A stretch of 64,000 bases of DNA from positions 248,001-312,000 of the forward strand of contig CBFFRP010000281.1 in assembly GCA_965644295.1 (NCBI GenBank), written 5' to 3'. The position numbers and the translations under genes were made by a program. Source of the DNA: Paraphysomonas bandaiensis. Taxonomy: Eukaryota; Protista; Chrysophyceae. The notes under the pieces were generated by a model. It was not told the origin of the DNA, did no database searches, and saw nothing but the letters and a program-made list of their open reading frames with translations. This document shows positions 12,892 to 25,790 of this stretch, piece after piece (the first letter of the stretch is position 1; the number at the start of each line of letters is the position of its first letter).

Positions 12892-13037
12892 TATCGGCAG
12901 TCAGCATCTTATTTTTCGGAAATATATTGAATCAAATATCCTCTATATAATTGCAATACAACTACGGCTGGAATACAGATAATTGTTGTCTCCATATTAG
13001 AGGCGTATTTGAACAAAAATATTTTAAGGATGCATAT
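12892..13037 (+). mobile_element. MITE family M1 copy
   Basis: TATCGGCAGTCAGCATCTT...GAACAAAAATA..AAGGATGC; aligns with 7848-7995. Confidence 0.8.
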
Positions 13038-13044
13038 AATCTGG

Positions 13045-13194
13045 GGGTGGTTGTGCATATCGATTTTATTAATTTTTACTTCATTGAAAAGTCATCGTTT
13101 TTTCATTAAAAAGTCACTTTTTTTCACATTTTATTGATAAAACGATGATTTTTCAATGAAATAAAGGAAATAAAATCAATATCTACAACCACCC
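13045..13194. mobile_element. Fold-back MITE-like element with long imperfect inverted arms
   Basis: GGGTGGTTGT..ATATCGATTTTATT..TTCATTGAAAAGTCATCGTTTT pairs with AAAACGATGATTTTTCAATGAA..AATAAAATCAATATCTACAACCACCC. No clear TSD. Confidence 0.65.
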
Positions 13195-13412
13195 ACTGTG
13201 CCACCATCTACATACTGTTGCAGGAAGCTTCCATATGTATTGTACTTATATAAGTGTATGTGTTACAGCTCCATATATTCATATTAACACATAGAATAGT
13301 AAAGTAAAGTAATGGTGTATTCCACTCACATCCAAAAATCTGCTTCGTAAACTCATACACTTATAGATATATATGTAATCTACTCTACTACACGTATAGT
13401 ATCTATCTTATC

Positions 13413-14675
13413 ATGAAATGCATTCTATATCTATTGATACCTCTTACTGTTGTATGTTTAAACCGACCACGAAGTGGACATTTTAGTGTATATGGTCGTA
13501 AACGAGATGAATTTGCATATACTATCAGTGAATTACGTATGCAAATATATGAAGATATGATAAGTGATTCACCATTAAATAACTACACACAACAAGACTT
13601 AGATCATATATTCGGTGCTTATAAGAATCTTGGTGCACTGGTACCTTTTGAAAGACGAGCAAGTGGACGACCATATATGACTCATGCCATAGGCACAGCT
13701 AGTTGTGCTCTAAGATTTGGGTTGCCACCTATCTATGCGGCGGCCATGATGGGACATGGGACATACATTAAAATTTGGGAAACAAAGCAGGATTTCTGGA
13801 AAAAGAATATGGATGTTTGTGAATTGCGCCGGATAGTAGCCGCTTTAACGTCAGTAGAAGTGGAGCGAGTCATATATCTGTGGACTATGCTTCAAGGATA
13901 TGGTGGGAAACCTCCTCATGTAATGGAGTCACTTCTCCGTACCCTTCAGCAGGATATTAATGCTTTTGACCAGGAGTTAAAATATCTAATCCTAATGAAC
14001 ATATGTGATGAGATAGAAGAGCATCAGAATGGGGAGCAATGGTGGTCATACAACCATGACTTGAACAAGAGGAGAATGTTTAAAGAGTATAGTGATATGA
14101 TTAATATTACAAGGCTACTGGCGGATGACGAAAAAGCTGCAATTGTATCGAAAGCGTTCAAGTCAACAATGCTGCTGTTTTCGAAAAGGTGTGGATCATT
14201 TTCCAACGCCATTATGAATAATGATGTTTATGTATTACCGTTTAGTATAATTGTGTGTTGTTTGTATTGATGAAAAATACATCCTAGGCTACGTAGATAC
14301 ATTATAGGTTGTGTAGCTCACTCTCGTTCCCGCAGTTTTTATAGTGACAAAGATGAATTCACGCCACATTATGTGACCAAATCGTATTTGAATACTTCAG
14401 CAGGCGAACGCATGTTAAAAGGTATTGAAATGCTTAATGCTGCTGATCCGGATGGCATTTCCTTGCAACTCTTCCGTGGAACATATTATACTAGCAACTC
14501 CCACTTTGACAGACAGAGAAATTATGTGAAATCTAAACCGCAATTGTTTGTTTCCAGAATAATGAGTTTGAAAGCTATGTTCGAGAATGATTGTGAAATG
14601 AAATCATTGAGTGCTAGTCATCTAGCAGATTACGCAGACAAGGTGGAACCATATTCTACGTACGTAATGAAGTAG
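13413..14675 (+). CDS. Secreted HD-like (DUF6817/HD_4-like) protein, 2 exons (13413-14188, 14288-14675)
   Basis: N-terminal hydrophobic signal. RRASGRPYMTHAIGTAS...AAAMMGHGTY resembles the bacterial RxSGxP[YF]xxHxxGTAS...AAGLLH motif. Intron 14189-14287 joins the two ORFs in frame. Confidence 0.65.
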
Positions 14676-15645
14676 AGGCCATTGAGATGTCCATTATTAT
14701 AATATGCGCCCGTTGATGACCTTCGAAATGACAGGTGTTGGAGTAAATATATATGGTTTTGTTATCTAGGTATTTCAGGTCTTAAAGTAAAGTTACATGT
14801 TTCTACAATATATAGTATTGTAATAAGTTTTTTTGTGAAGTATACGGTGTTTCTATTCAGCTTTACATGTGCATTAGCTAGGTATCATGGAATACAAAAT
14901 ACTGTAGAGTGCCTGCTAACTGGAATATGTTTCTGACTTGGTCATCTGGGCCTGATATAGAGAAAACACTAAAACCTAACACCTGGTGCTACATCGAAGT
15001 TCTTGTTGCTGCATGTATGTAACCCTGGTATGTAAATTGTATAATATATTGATTGGGAAATATTATTGAACTAGTCGAATTGCTACCTAGTCACTAATTT
15101 TGGTGTAATACCCTCCTAGCCAAAGTAATAAATAATTCGACATCTGCATACGTGAATAGTGAATACCATAAATCATAAACATCAGGTCGTCTTAGTCAGC
15201 CCAGTCTGTTAGAAAATACTTTCTAACTGACATAACTAAACAATTCAACTATCTTTGAACTCAACATAGTCACTGTAAACTGAAGATATTGCTTCTGTCA
15301 AGATAGCGCACAATTTCAATATAATATATATAATACAATCATTATTATATAGTAGTATATACAGCTTCTTCGTTATTGCATATTGCAGAGTGCAAATTAT
15401 TATTTCATGTATATAAATATCTAGAAAAGGAAGAAGAAAGAAGAAACCTATTTTGTTTCAAAATCTACTCCACTTTTTTCTGTTTTATAGTTGTATTGGC
15501 CTGGCTTGAAATTGAAAATACTCAAAACTAATCGCCTGGTATGAATGGCTTGTATTTAGCATTAGTATATAGTAGTCTCCAATATTATTATTACATTACT
15601 ACTACATGCAATAAAACCAATTCTCCTTTCACTACCCATAGCTGG

Positions 15646-16766
15646 CAGGGCTGCGTATCAATTAATTGATTTGCAATTAATTGCAATTAATTGTCAATTA
15701 TTGAAATTGCAATTGTTGAAATTGGGACATCGATTCATAGTTGCAATTATAATTGACTCCAGCTAGCTTCAATTAATTGTCAATTAATTGATATTAAAAA
15801 ACCCACCTTTTTTAGTAAAAAAATCCAATTTTTAAGATAAAAATCGAAGATTGGTGAAAGACTATAATATGCATAGGATTATCTCACATAGTAGTTATTT
15901 AAGTAATTAGCGATAGGAGCGACAAACTGGCACCAGAAGTCATTGCACGAGTGTTATTTGAGAAAGTAAATAAATGATAATAATAGCGAAGAGGCTGCAA
16001 TAGAAATTTGTCCTGCAGGAAAAGGGGCTCCACATTTTCTGTGATTGATCGCTACCTGCTTCCATCTAATCATATGCGATCATTCGAGTTTGGTTCCGAT
16101 GTGTTAAAAGTCTAATTGTAGGACTATCCACCTATATACAGAGTATATACATGTATATTATGCCCTGTATTAAATAAGTGTTGTACAATTACAGAAGTAA
16201 GGTTAACACCAGCTTGACTTCCACGACGTTTGTACATTGATTGACGAACCCTTCATAATGCACCCGATTGTTGAGCGTCATCTGGGCGACAGGGCTGCTA
16301 TTATTCATAACGCTGCTTTCGAAAAGGCAGTCGTGAAGATTCAATGTGGCAACGAAGCCGTAACTCGGACGGCAAAGGATCAAACTAAAATATATTTGTT
16401 CGATGAGGAAGAAGAAGATTATGACGGAACGTTTGTTTGATGGTAGCAGGCAGCGGAAGCGAGCAAGACTTTTTAACCAGCACACTCGTTACGGATGAAA
16501 CACTTGCATAGCACAACCAATAAGGTTGAGAGGTTGTTCAGTAGAGCTACGATTGTTATGACGGGCTTGCTCAAGAGCTTGACTCCTCAACATTTAGTGC
16601 TAATTATGTTTTTACGCATGAATCGTTGCCTCTGGAATGAAATGACAGTTGAGGTAGCTATATTCGCAGCTAGTGTATTTTAGTACTAAATAATTGCAGT
16701 TAATTGCAATTATAATTGACTACAACCTGGGTCAATTAATTGACAATTAATTGATACGCAGCCCTG
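15646..16766 (+). mobile_element. Non-autonomous hAT transposon (1121 bp) with transposase C-terminal remnant
   Basis: Perfect 23-bp TIR CAGGGCTGCGTATCAATTAATTG. 8-bp TSD ATAGCTGG/GTAGCTGG (7/8). Subterminal CAATTAATTG repeats. Remnant TTNKVERLFSRA...IMFLRMNRCLW resembles the hAT dimerisation domain. Confidence 0.92.
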
Positions 16767-17793
16767 GTAGCTGGGATGAGAGATTGTACTACAGGGCATG
16801 TCACTAATCACCGCATAACTCATAAATAGTGGAGAATAGAGAATATTTTCTATAGTCTATAGTTACGTTGTGTATAACTTCTATAGGTGCTAGTGATTAA
16901 TATAGCAACAAGATTTAATCGAAGAGTAAAATGTTTTTAAAAACTTATACAAAGTCGAAACATATACACGAAACGACTTTATTACTGACGTAATAATATT
17001 AACATGGCATTCATTGGAAGTTTATCGATGTCAATTCTGGTAAATCGTTTTCTCAAGTTTGATGGTCTCATCGATTGGAACACAGTTCGTTGATGATTAT
17101 CTTTGGTTTACTCTAATCTATGTCTTGAATACTCTTGTTTGCTATATAGCTATGATGCCCCTGTTTGTAGTATGTAGTACATATCAGAGATGTATTTCTG
17201 AATCAGGAATTGACAGAGCCGATGTATAGAGTGTATATACAGCTTCCATTAAAGATTTGATGAAATATTCCAGCTTTCTGGTGACAGAATCTATTTATTT
17301 TCCAAAAAATCAGGATATTAGGTTCAGTGTGTGTGGGAATACAGTGCTCATAGTATTGATTGTACTTTTTTTAAGGTATTAGAATCTCTTTGAAGTATTT
17401 CTGGGTGTCCCCTCAATGAGTATGTATCGGGTGTAACACTGCATGGAACTCAACATTGAGGACCTGATACATGGAGCGATACCGCGACACTGCCTCACTG
17501 GCCGCTTGGTTGTATGTAGTATACTGCTGTATATCTGTATATATATACCGTATACTGCTGTATACCATATAGGCTACAGGAACTACGTACAAGCAAGTGG
17601 TGTATATATATACCATACGGAATACGACTGCAAAAAAACACACCCCTAGTATACGGCATACCACGTACACTTCAAAGATAGTCGCTCATATCCATCACAC
17701 ATACATACATACATGTGGAGTATATGTATATATATATATATGTATATATTATCATAATCGTAACATATTGTTAGCTAGTTATCTCATATAACG

Positions 17794-19296
17794 ATGAGTA
17801 AAGAATCAAGCAATGGAACATATCTAATGATCCCTCTATTGGGCATTATAATCTCTTTATTACTTCTACCAAAGTTATGGATCTATATGTTTCTTATTGC
17901 TGATATATCCACATCATGGATACTATTTGAATCAAAGACATATGATGCTTATCATGAATATATGGTATCAAATCTCAATGAGAGACCAGAATTATCTATA
18001 CCTGAATTACAAGCTGAGAATTTTACAAGAGAAGATATATTGAGATTGAGTAAAGGATTTACATTTCCAGTTGTTATTCGTGGTGTTCTTGTTAACAGTA
18101 GTGGTGTGAAAGAGTGGGCAAATTCTACTTGGTGGATCGACAACTACAGCAATGAAGGTACTAATACATCTATGGTACATAACGTTTGTAAGGATTGATA
18201 TAGGAATACTTTGTGGCACACTTAACAATGTGAGGCCAGAATGTACAGTGAAGGATTTCTTCGATGAAATTCAGAACAACAACTCATTTTATATATCTGG
18301 GGCGTCGAAGATATTTGATCGTCACCCTCAGCTGGCGGAAATGGTTGAGGACGGAAAGCTTAAGACTATAGAACCTGGAGAGAGAGTTACGACACAGATT
18401 TTTATGGGACTTAAGGATATGGGTTCTGATATACATGCCGCAATGGGAGTAAATATGTACGTATCGTAGCGTTGTTTGGGACATAGTATTTGCTGAGTTC
18501 TTTTCTTGTGTAGAAGTTAGATTGGTTGTGGTCTTCGTTGTAAATCTGCCTCACTTGCCTTTGCGTACTATGTACTGTATAAAATCCCCTGCCTGTAATA
18601 TATACGTTGATAAGATTGGTGCAGATAAATGCCATATATTATTGCACTTGAGAAGGTTATCACTAACTATTAATATCGTAAAACTATAGATTTCGGCAGA
18701 TCGTGGGGGTCAAGAAGTGGTGGTTTATCCCTCCGTCACAGACTGCTTATTTGAAACCATCTCTTAATGTCAACGGCTTCTCGGCACATACTCATACTCT
18801 GGTGGGAAAAGACGGTGAGCAGGAGTCGCCTTGGATGAGTAAATTAGAGCGGTACACATCAACTCTCTACCCTGGTGATGTGTTGATCAATCCTCCTTGG
18901 TATGTACCGGGCTACATGCGAACCCGTATACTTTCCGTTTGTTCGATATCTATATGTGTGATCACTTCTTTGTAATTTTTATCGTACTTTAACGCATTAC
19001 TATTTATTAGGTTTTGGCATGGGATTTTGAACCTAGGTGCGTATTAATTTCTCCGAAGTCATGTGCTCATGAGCATTCCAGGTGACCAAAGCAGCGACCT
19101 CGTGATTGGTGTACCTACGCGATATAATAGTGGCAGTGTAATATTGACTGCTTTTAGATCGAATCCAATACTGACTGCCTTAGCTGTCGCGGTCGTGTTT
19201 TACAACAATGCACGAAACGGATTTCAGTCGTTTGGGGATGTTGAGGATAAGATTCAGGCGAATAGGGTTGCTCGAATGGTGAACAGTGAGGAATAA
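17794..19296 (+). CDS. JmjC/cupin-like 2-oxoglutarate oxygenase family protein with N-terminal TM/signal (multi-exon)
   Basis: PVVIRG, QIFMG, SDIHAA, FRQIVGVKKWWFIPP and LYPGDVLINPPW-FWHGILNL across GT-AG introns. Confidence 0.82.
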
Positions 19297-20063
19297 TTAC
19301 TCAACACTTTAATTACAAGTTGCTTTGGATGTCGGTGTGAACTGATTACAGACATTCCTTTATTAAGGTTCTATCATGAGTTCCTGAAAATATATTCAGT
19401 CACTTATCTATTTTAGTTTTACTAAACTTATCAGTGGCTTAATTATGAACTAATTACGATGTTATATTCTTTCATTTTCATATAATTTCGAAGCTGTCAC
19501 TCTGTCGATTGTTATCATTACAGTGCGACTTACACATAGCTACTACATTGTTGAAACTACGATGCCCTATTCTATATTCTATCATATGAAATATTTACAT
19601 CACTGTACATAATTCATCCATTCAGTTTAATGTTGTGAATAGCACATACTTATCAACACCAAAAAATGTGTTCGAATCACCTCTATTTGCTTTCGATCAC
19701 TACTTTCTCGCAATAAGCATAAAGTTTTGAACTTGCTCAGTACAAGAGTGGATTGGATGTTGAGAACACATTCCACATACAGTATCAGGAGTATCTGGAG
19801 AACTGAAAGGATCTCAAGAGCAATTAGGGCACACAAGATAGCTCGAATCGTTTTTACTTCTTGTTAAATAAGGAATCATTCACTTCTTTTGTTAAACATA
19901 ACATGTATAAAAGAGTGTGATGCATATTGGTTAATTATATACTACACAAGTCCCTTGACATGGTATAGGTGTTCTATAGAACCCTCCCATATACTATATA
20001 TAGGAGATATATATCCATATCAACTGCCTGTATACTGCTATCTATATATACATATATACTCCT

Positions 20064-20193
20064 TATCGGCAGTCAGCATCTTACTTTTCGGGAATAAATT
20101 GAAGCAAAAATATTCTATATTAGTGCAATATAACTACGGCTAGAATACAGATAATTGTTGTCTCAATATTCGAAGCATCCTTGAACAAAAATA
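20064..20193 (+). mobile_element. MITE family M1 copy (3'-truncated)
   Basis: Aligns with 7848-7980. Confidence 0.78.
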
Positions 20194-20249
20194 CACCACT
20201 AATCTCATGTCACTTTTATGTGATTGGATATATATACTGAGATATGATT

Positions 20250-20920
20250 TCTTTAGAAGCTTCTTCTACTGATGAAAAACTCCACGGCTGTAGGTATTCT
20301 TCGACATCTGGCATATGCAATGCCTGCAGCTCTGCTAAATGCACATTCTCATTCTTGGTCCTAACTGCCTCAACTTCTGATTTAAAAAACTGCCATAGTT
20401 CTCCAAGAATCGCCGGCATACCTATGATAACTTCGTTCTGCAGCATCTCAAGGACCACGAATTCTCCGGAGTATATTACATCTTGCTGTTCACTCGATAT
20501 CTTCATGTCTAATTGGATAGTCGTATCACTGTCTAGTCTTGTTTTGTTGTCTTGTAAGAGAATATTTACAAGAATGAGAGAACAACTAGAGAACAAGAGA
20601 ATTATTAAGTAGAACTTGAAGGTCGGGCTGGCCGACAACAAAACAAGACTAGACAGTGATACGACTATCCAATTAGACATGAAGATATCGAGTGAACAGC
20701 AAGATGTAATATACTCCGGAGAATTCGTGGTCCTTGAGATGCTGCAGAACGAAGTTATCATAGGTATGCCGGCGATTCTTGGAGAACTATGGCAGTTTTT
20801 TAAATCAGAAGTTGAGGCAGTTAGGACCGAGAATGAGAATATGCATTTAGCAGAGCTTCAGGCATTGCATGTGCCAGATGTCGTAGAATACCTACAGCAG
20901 AAGAAGCTTCTGAAGAAAAG
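20250..20920. repeat. Long inverted repeat (arms ~20250-20550 and 20634-~20920; 83-bp spacer)
   Basis: The arms are reverse complements. The same peptide appears in the ORF track on both strands (DNKTRLDSDTT...EYLQ). Confidence 0.95.
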
Positions 20921-21100
20921 GATAACCCTCTGCCTACGAGTTATGGGGATATGTCACTATTTCTGGGTAAATCGTGAGAAGATGCACTCAATGAGTTCAT
21001 AAGTATGTTCGAGGACCATATTGACCCTGAATTTCGAAAATCAACTAAAGTTAATGAACTTCTATGTGGGAAAGGCATGAATGCTTTTGTATCCTCGGAG
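20616..21100 (+). mobile_element. Ty3/Gypsy-like pol remnant (C-terminal half of aspartic protease plus linker)
   Basis: VGLADN...FVVLEMLQNEVIIGMPAI resembles the second half of a retropepsin. Frameshifted downstream. Confidence 0.55.
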
Positions 21101-21307
21101 AAGTAGACAGATCGAGCCATATATAATACAATGTTGTATACAGAGTGGTGTGTGTGTAGAGATAGTGGTGTATTGTAGTACTGGATATCTCGTACAGCAG
21201 TACAAAATATTCATATCATAATCCTATGTATGTACTATTGGAATATACATATGTACTCTATGACTTGTAGTGTGTAACATATGGAATATACAGTACTATA
21301 TACACCG

Positions 21308-21454
21308 TATTGGCATCCTTTTTATATTTTTGTTCAAAGAAGCCTCTAATATTGAGACAACAATTATCTGTATTCCAGCCGTAGTTGTATAGCAGTAATG
21401 TAGAGTATATTTGATTCAATTTATTTCCGAAAAATAAGATGCTGACTGCCCATA
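21308..21454 (-). mobile_element. MITE family M1 copy
   Basis: Reverse complement of M1; ends TATTGGCA...TGCCCATA. Confidence 0.8.
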
Positions 21455-21671
21455 CCACCAGCAGTAGATGCAGTAGTGGTCCATGTACACACCATGAACA
21501 TCATGCATATATAAGCAATTAAGTTACTAACACTAAGTTACACATTCCTTACATGATATTCAAACAATTCATACTATTAATTGAGTAGATACATATAACT
21601 TCAGTATACATACATTACTGTGGTTTCAATATAAGAAACCTTCATATTTAAATCATATAGAAAGACATTCA

Positions 21672-24579
21672 ATGAGATCTCTAATAACTCAATCACGACG
21701 ATTATATTACAGTCTTTCTGTATCTACATTTAGATATATAGGTCATTTATAATACATGACTTCCTGTGATTTGATGTATGCTGCTATTGTAGGATGGCAG
21801 CGGATTGTTAAGTGTCGTTTATGCACTGCTACCTCAAGTATTTGCACCGCAACAGGTACTGCTATATCATCATATTGAATGAAACATTTAATAACAGCTT
21901 TATTCTTAAATTCTTACAGATAATATTTCTAGTGAAGAATCTACTGAATCACAGATGCATGCGCAAATCATGCAGCATCGACAGGATAATAATCTCATTG
22001 GAATATGCTCGACTTATTGGCGAGCCAAGTATGTTTTCGACATCATAAAACTTTTTATTCATTTTTTCATGCATATTTTGGGTTTTTAGTCCATTTATTT
22101 GTAACATGAAATGTCCTGCTTTCTCTGTACAACTCTTATGTAATCAGATCCATGACGCTGTGATCAGGAATCAGGGCATCCGTCTAAAGGGTAGTGACTA
22201 CATCACGATATTTAAAGCTTACACTACCTACGATCCATCTAATCACTTGTATATGAATTATGAAGCCTTCCATGTGTTCAATATCTTATCCGATCTCGAA
22301 ATTATGACACTAGATGTGTTGGAGCAAATGACGAAGTTATGTCGATATCATTTGGAAGGGCAAAAACTAATTGAGGTTGGTGTAGTTTATTGGAGTACAT
22401 TTACTCTATTATGTGATGTGTTGACCAATAGGCGAACAAGAAATACGAACAACGCTTCAAGAATATTCCTGTGGTAAGAAGTATTAAGTATGGTTGTCGT
22501 CATGCTCTTTGTATAGTGTCATATTGTTTATCATTCGCTCTTCATGATTGAATAACGCGTTTTCATTTTAGCACATGGCCAAGTTTATTGAAGCTTTAGT
22601 TCATTGCAGCGAAAAGGAGATGGCCCTAGAGTATTACACTATATATAAAGACAAAAGGTCCTCTAACGCAGGTGGTGTATGCGTTTAAATATATCATTTA
22701 AACATATCTAACTAGTAGTAGGAAATTCCATGCCAGTTATGTTTAACTCTTCTTGGCCTGCTCTCACACCAGATATATATATTGGACTCTGCACCTTACT
22801 CTGGTAAATTGTACAATCGTTTGGAATTGCGTTGTACGTTAACAAGTTGTTCTACTGTCCAGCACCAGTGGTAATAAGTTTGACGCTTATGACATCATCA
22901 AGGACTTTTGTAGTGACGTATCGATTCAAGATATAGTTAAATCGATACAGACTAATCCGGTTACACTAAGAAAGACCCACCAGCTCATTGATAACGCCCT
23001 TATATTGTATGATCTGAAGGTAAATATTGCATTATAAACACTATAATGTGCGTATTTAATGGATGGCAGACCCGCACTTCACACATATTCTACCTATTCA
23101 GTGTTGTATATAATTCTTTTGTTTTGCGTTGTGGACTATGAATGTGAACAGCCAATAATATTTTATTCTTGAACAGCTTCTTGAGCCAATGTTGGCACTT
23201 TGTCGACACGCTGAAGTACAGTTTGACGAAGGTCAAATAACGAAAATGTTCGAGGTAGGTGTCTTCTGGTAAATGCGTATAGCACCAGCACTGGTGTTAC
23301 GCTGCTCTATTTTGCTGATCGATAATATTACAACATACAGGTATCTGCAGCTCTGTCGAGACCTGATATGGTCGAAGTGGTATCCTCGGTAAGCCATTGA
23401 TCTTAGTTGTTTTACAACATTTGACTATGGGCACCCCACCACCAGATTGTAAAGTATCATGGCAGAGCCCTTACTCCCATCGAGCACGCGCATGTCGTCA
23501 TAGCGAACATAAGGGGGAGGAAACTTGAAAAAGCTATAGAGTCCATGGTCGTTGCTGAGGTATGCGTACTTTATATAGACGTAGACCCCATACTTATTGT
23601 CTATTTAGTCCGCTGGAGTGAACTTTCTCTGCGACCAAAATAATTCTGAAAATTCATTAGTATACCCTGAATACATTCAAGAGAGCTTATCGAAACTGTT
23701 AGTAACTTCTAGAGACCTGGATCAACTGTATTTTGCGTTAGTGAATTTGATCGAGCATAATATACGTCCACCGCCCTTGGCATTGAATTGTGTTATCCTT
23801 GGGGCGGGGAAATTGAATTCCATGGATAGAGCTTTTAGTATGATACAGGAGTTTGATACAGTGTTTCTTACTGTTCCCAACTTGTACACTTATCGGTATG
23901 TTGTGTCGTTGTCATGCTGTATAAATAGTTTAACTGTTCGGTGATACGACTGAGTATGTATTGTCAAAGGATATGGTGTACACTGACTTATACATTGCAG
24001 CTTTTAGTTGTTTTAAAACGTGTGCCTCATGTCATTCGTAGGGCACTTTTGGAGGCTGTTGCGAAAAGTAAACAACCAAAATTATCCGCGCTATTTACTA
24101 TCATGCAGGTACAATATAGTTAATATGTTTTCATGTACACCAATTCGCGTACACATATATTCCTATTACTCGCATGTGATGTGTATACAGGATATGGACT
24201 CTTCGGGACACACTCCTGATGCATTCTGCTACTCTTTAGTGATAGAGACTATGCTGCTACTTAACGACACAAGTGCTCTTGACGAAGTAATTCTTCATAT
24301 GGAGTCCGAAAATATTAAACCACGTGTGAAAACTCTAAGGAAATTAGCCCTCTTCTTCCAGAAGAATAGTGAAAGCGACAAGGTTAAACATGTAAGTATT
24401 GTGCAGTGTTTATTTAGATTCTGTACGGTGAAGTATGTATTGTTGTGGGCCATATACCTTTATCGATTAGCTCATGGTAACTTTGTTCATAGTTCTGTGA
24501 TATGATGCGAAGCCACCCCGGATATGTTATTCCACAATTTTTCAGAAAGAGACTTAAATATGTGTCGATGCAGTTGTAG
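21672..24579 (+). CDS. Pentatricopeptide-repeat-like protein, probably mitochondrial (many small exons; structure approximate)
   Basis: Arg/Ser-rich presequence MRSLITQSRRLYYSLS. PPR-like units ALNCVILGAGKLNSMDRAFSMIQEF, PNLYTYRALLEAVAK and PDAFCYSLVIETML. Confidence 0.7.
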
Positions 24580-24873
24580 GTGGAAATTAAATTTTAATCA
24601 CAACTCCTGTAGTATAAAATTAGTCAGCTATAAAATTTACAGTATGGGTAGTGATGGCTTTGTTTTGAATGCATCTATCCTCTCAATCGATTACACATGA
24701 CACATGAACTAGATAGGGGTTTATTAATTTTAGTCAGGGTTCGCAATCAGTATGATTGATGGACCGGCCAAAAATTCCATCAAAATTGCTTTTGTTAAAG
24801 TAGCTCATATATAATACATTCTACAGTTAAGAATCTCTCGGTATTGGAAATATAAGTCCATGTTCGCTCTAAC

Positions 24874-25790
24874 CAGGGCTGCGCAACAATTAATTGAATT
24901 GCAACTAATTGTGTAAGGACATATTAGGATTAGAAATTAGAAATATTTTGTATAAGGACGATATAGATTTATTATTTATTGGTCTTAATATCCATCACAC
25001 TTACTGATTATTCTTCATTGCTATACCACTGCTATCTGTTACCAAAGCCCCCCACCTGATATTGTCGTCTCTGTTATATTCTGAAAGGTGCTGTTTCTTT
25101 GTACCTTAAGCTACAAGCCTAAGTTCAGCTCGATCCATAGCGTATATGTAATGCTCTATAACTTTCTAGTTTAAAGATATGATGTATATAAGTAGTATGG
25201 CTGACATATTCTTTTACCAATCCTGCCCCACAGGATACTGGATACTTAAGGTTGAAGTTCACTACAAACCGCACTTGCAACGGTTTTATATACTCAACTC
25301 TATATAATTAGAATTTACAATAGTGTGTATAATTAAACTACTGTAGTAGTAATGCCTGACTACTTAACACCAGAATCAATTTCAAGGATGTTTTTTACCC
25401 AACTCAAGGACTTTGATGATGGCCGTCAGAAATGGGAATGCAGAGAATGTCAAAATCGTATCCGTGACAGAGAAAATCAGGATGGCTCAACTTGGCTCAG
25501 CATGCAAAGCAGCACAGGCTGGGGTGACAAAGTCAGGGCAGCTTTGCGTGGAGCTGGCCCCATGGATTGTTGTGTTGAGAAAAAAGTTTCTATTTCCTCT
25601 CTTAACGCGTTCAGATGGTTGGAGTGAATAATTATGAAGGATCTTCCATTTTCCTTTGTAGAAAAAGCCTTGACGAGAAAGACTACCAATCTGAAGACTA
25701 CCAATATTATCAAGAATCACAATCATGAAATATCTGGATGCTGAAGAACAAAGACGTAGCGACGTTCTAACTGAACTAAAGAGTGACATT
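24874..25790 (+). mobile_element. Degenerate hAT element left end with transposase N-terminal pseudogene
   Basis: TIR variant CAGGGCTGCGCAACAATTAATTG at 24874. ORF from 25352 has a BED-like WECREC and NAFRWLE*IIMKDLPFSFVE with an in-frame stop. Confidence 0.7.
24912..25319. mobile_element. Possible solo LTR inserted in the hAT remnant
   Basis: TGTAA...TTACA termini interrupt the hAT subterminal repeats. Flanks ATTG/ATAG match only 3/4. Confidence 0.35.

Noticed and set aside
14940-15320. Weak inverted similarity to 6890-7110 (CCTAGTCA / TGACTAGG blocks)
   Set aside because: Probably an old repeat, but boundaries and class cannot be supported by eye.
20216-20761. Minus-strand 181-aa ORF as a host gene
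   Set aside because: Artefact of reading through the palindrome of a retroelement fragment.
21258-21458. Small ORF within MITE M1
   Set aside because: Other copies have stops or indels in this frame, and there is no conserved start.
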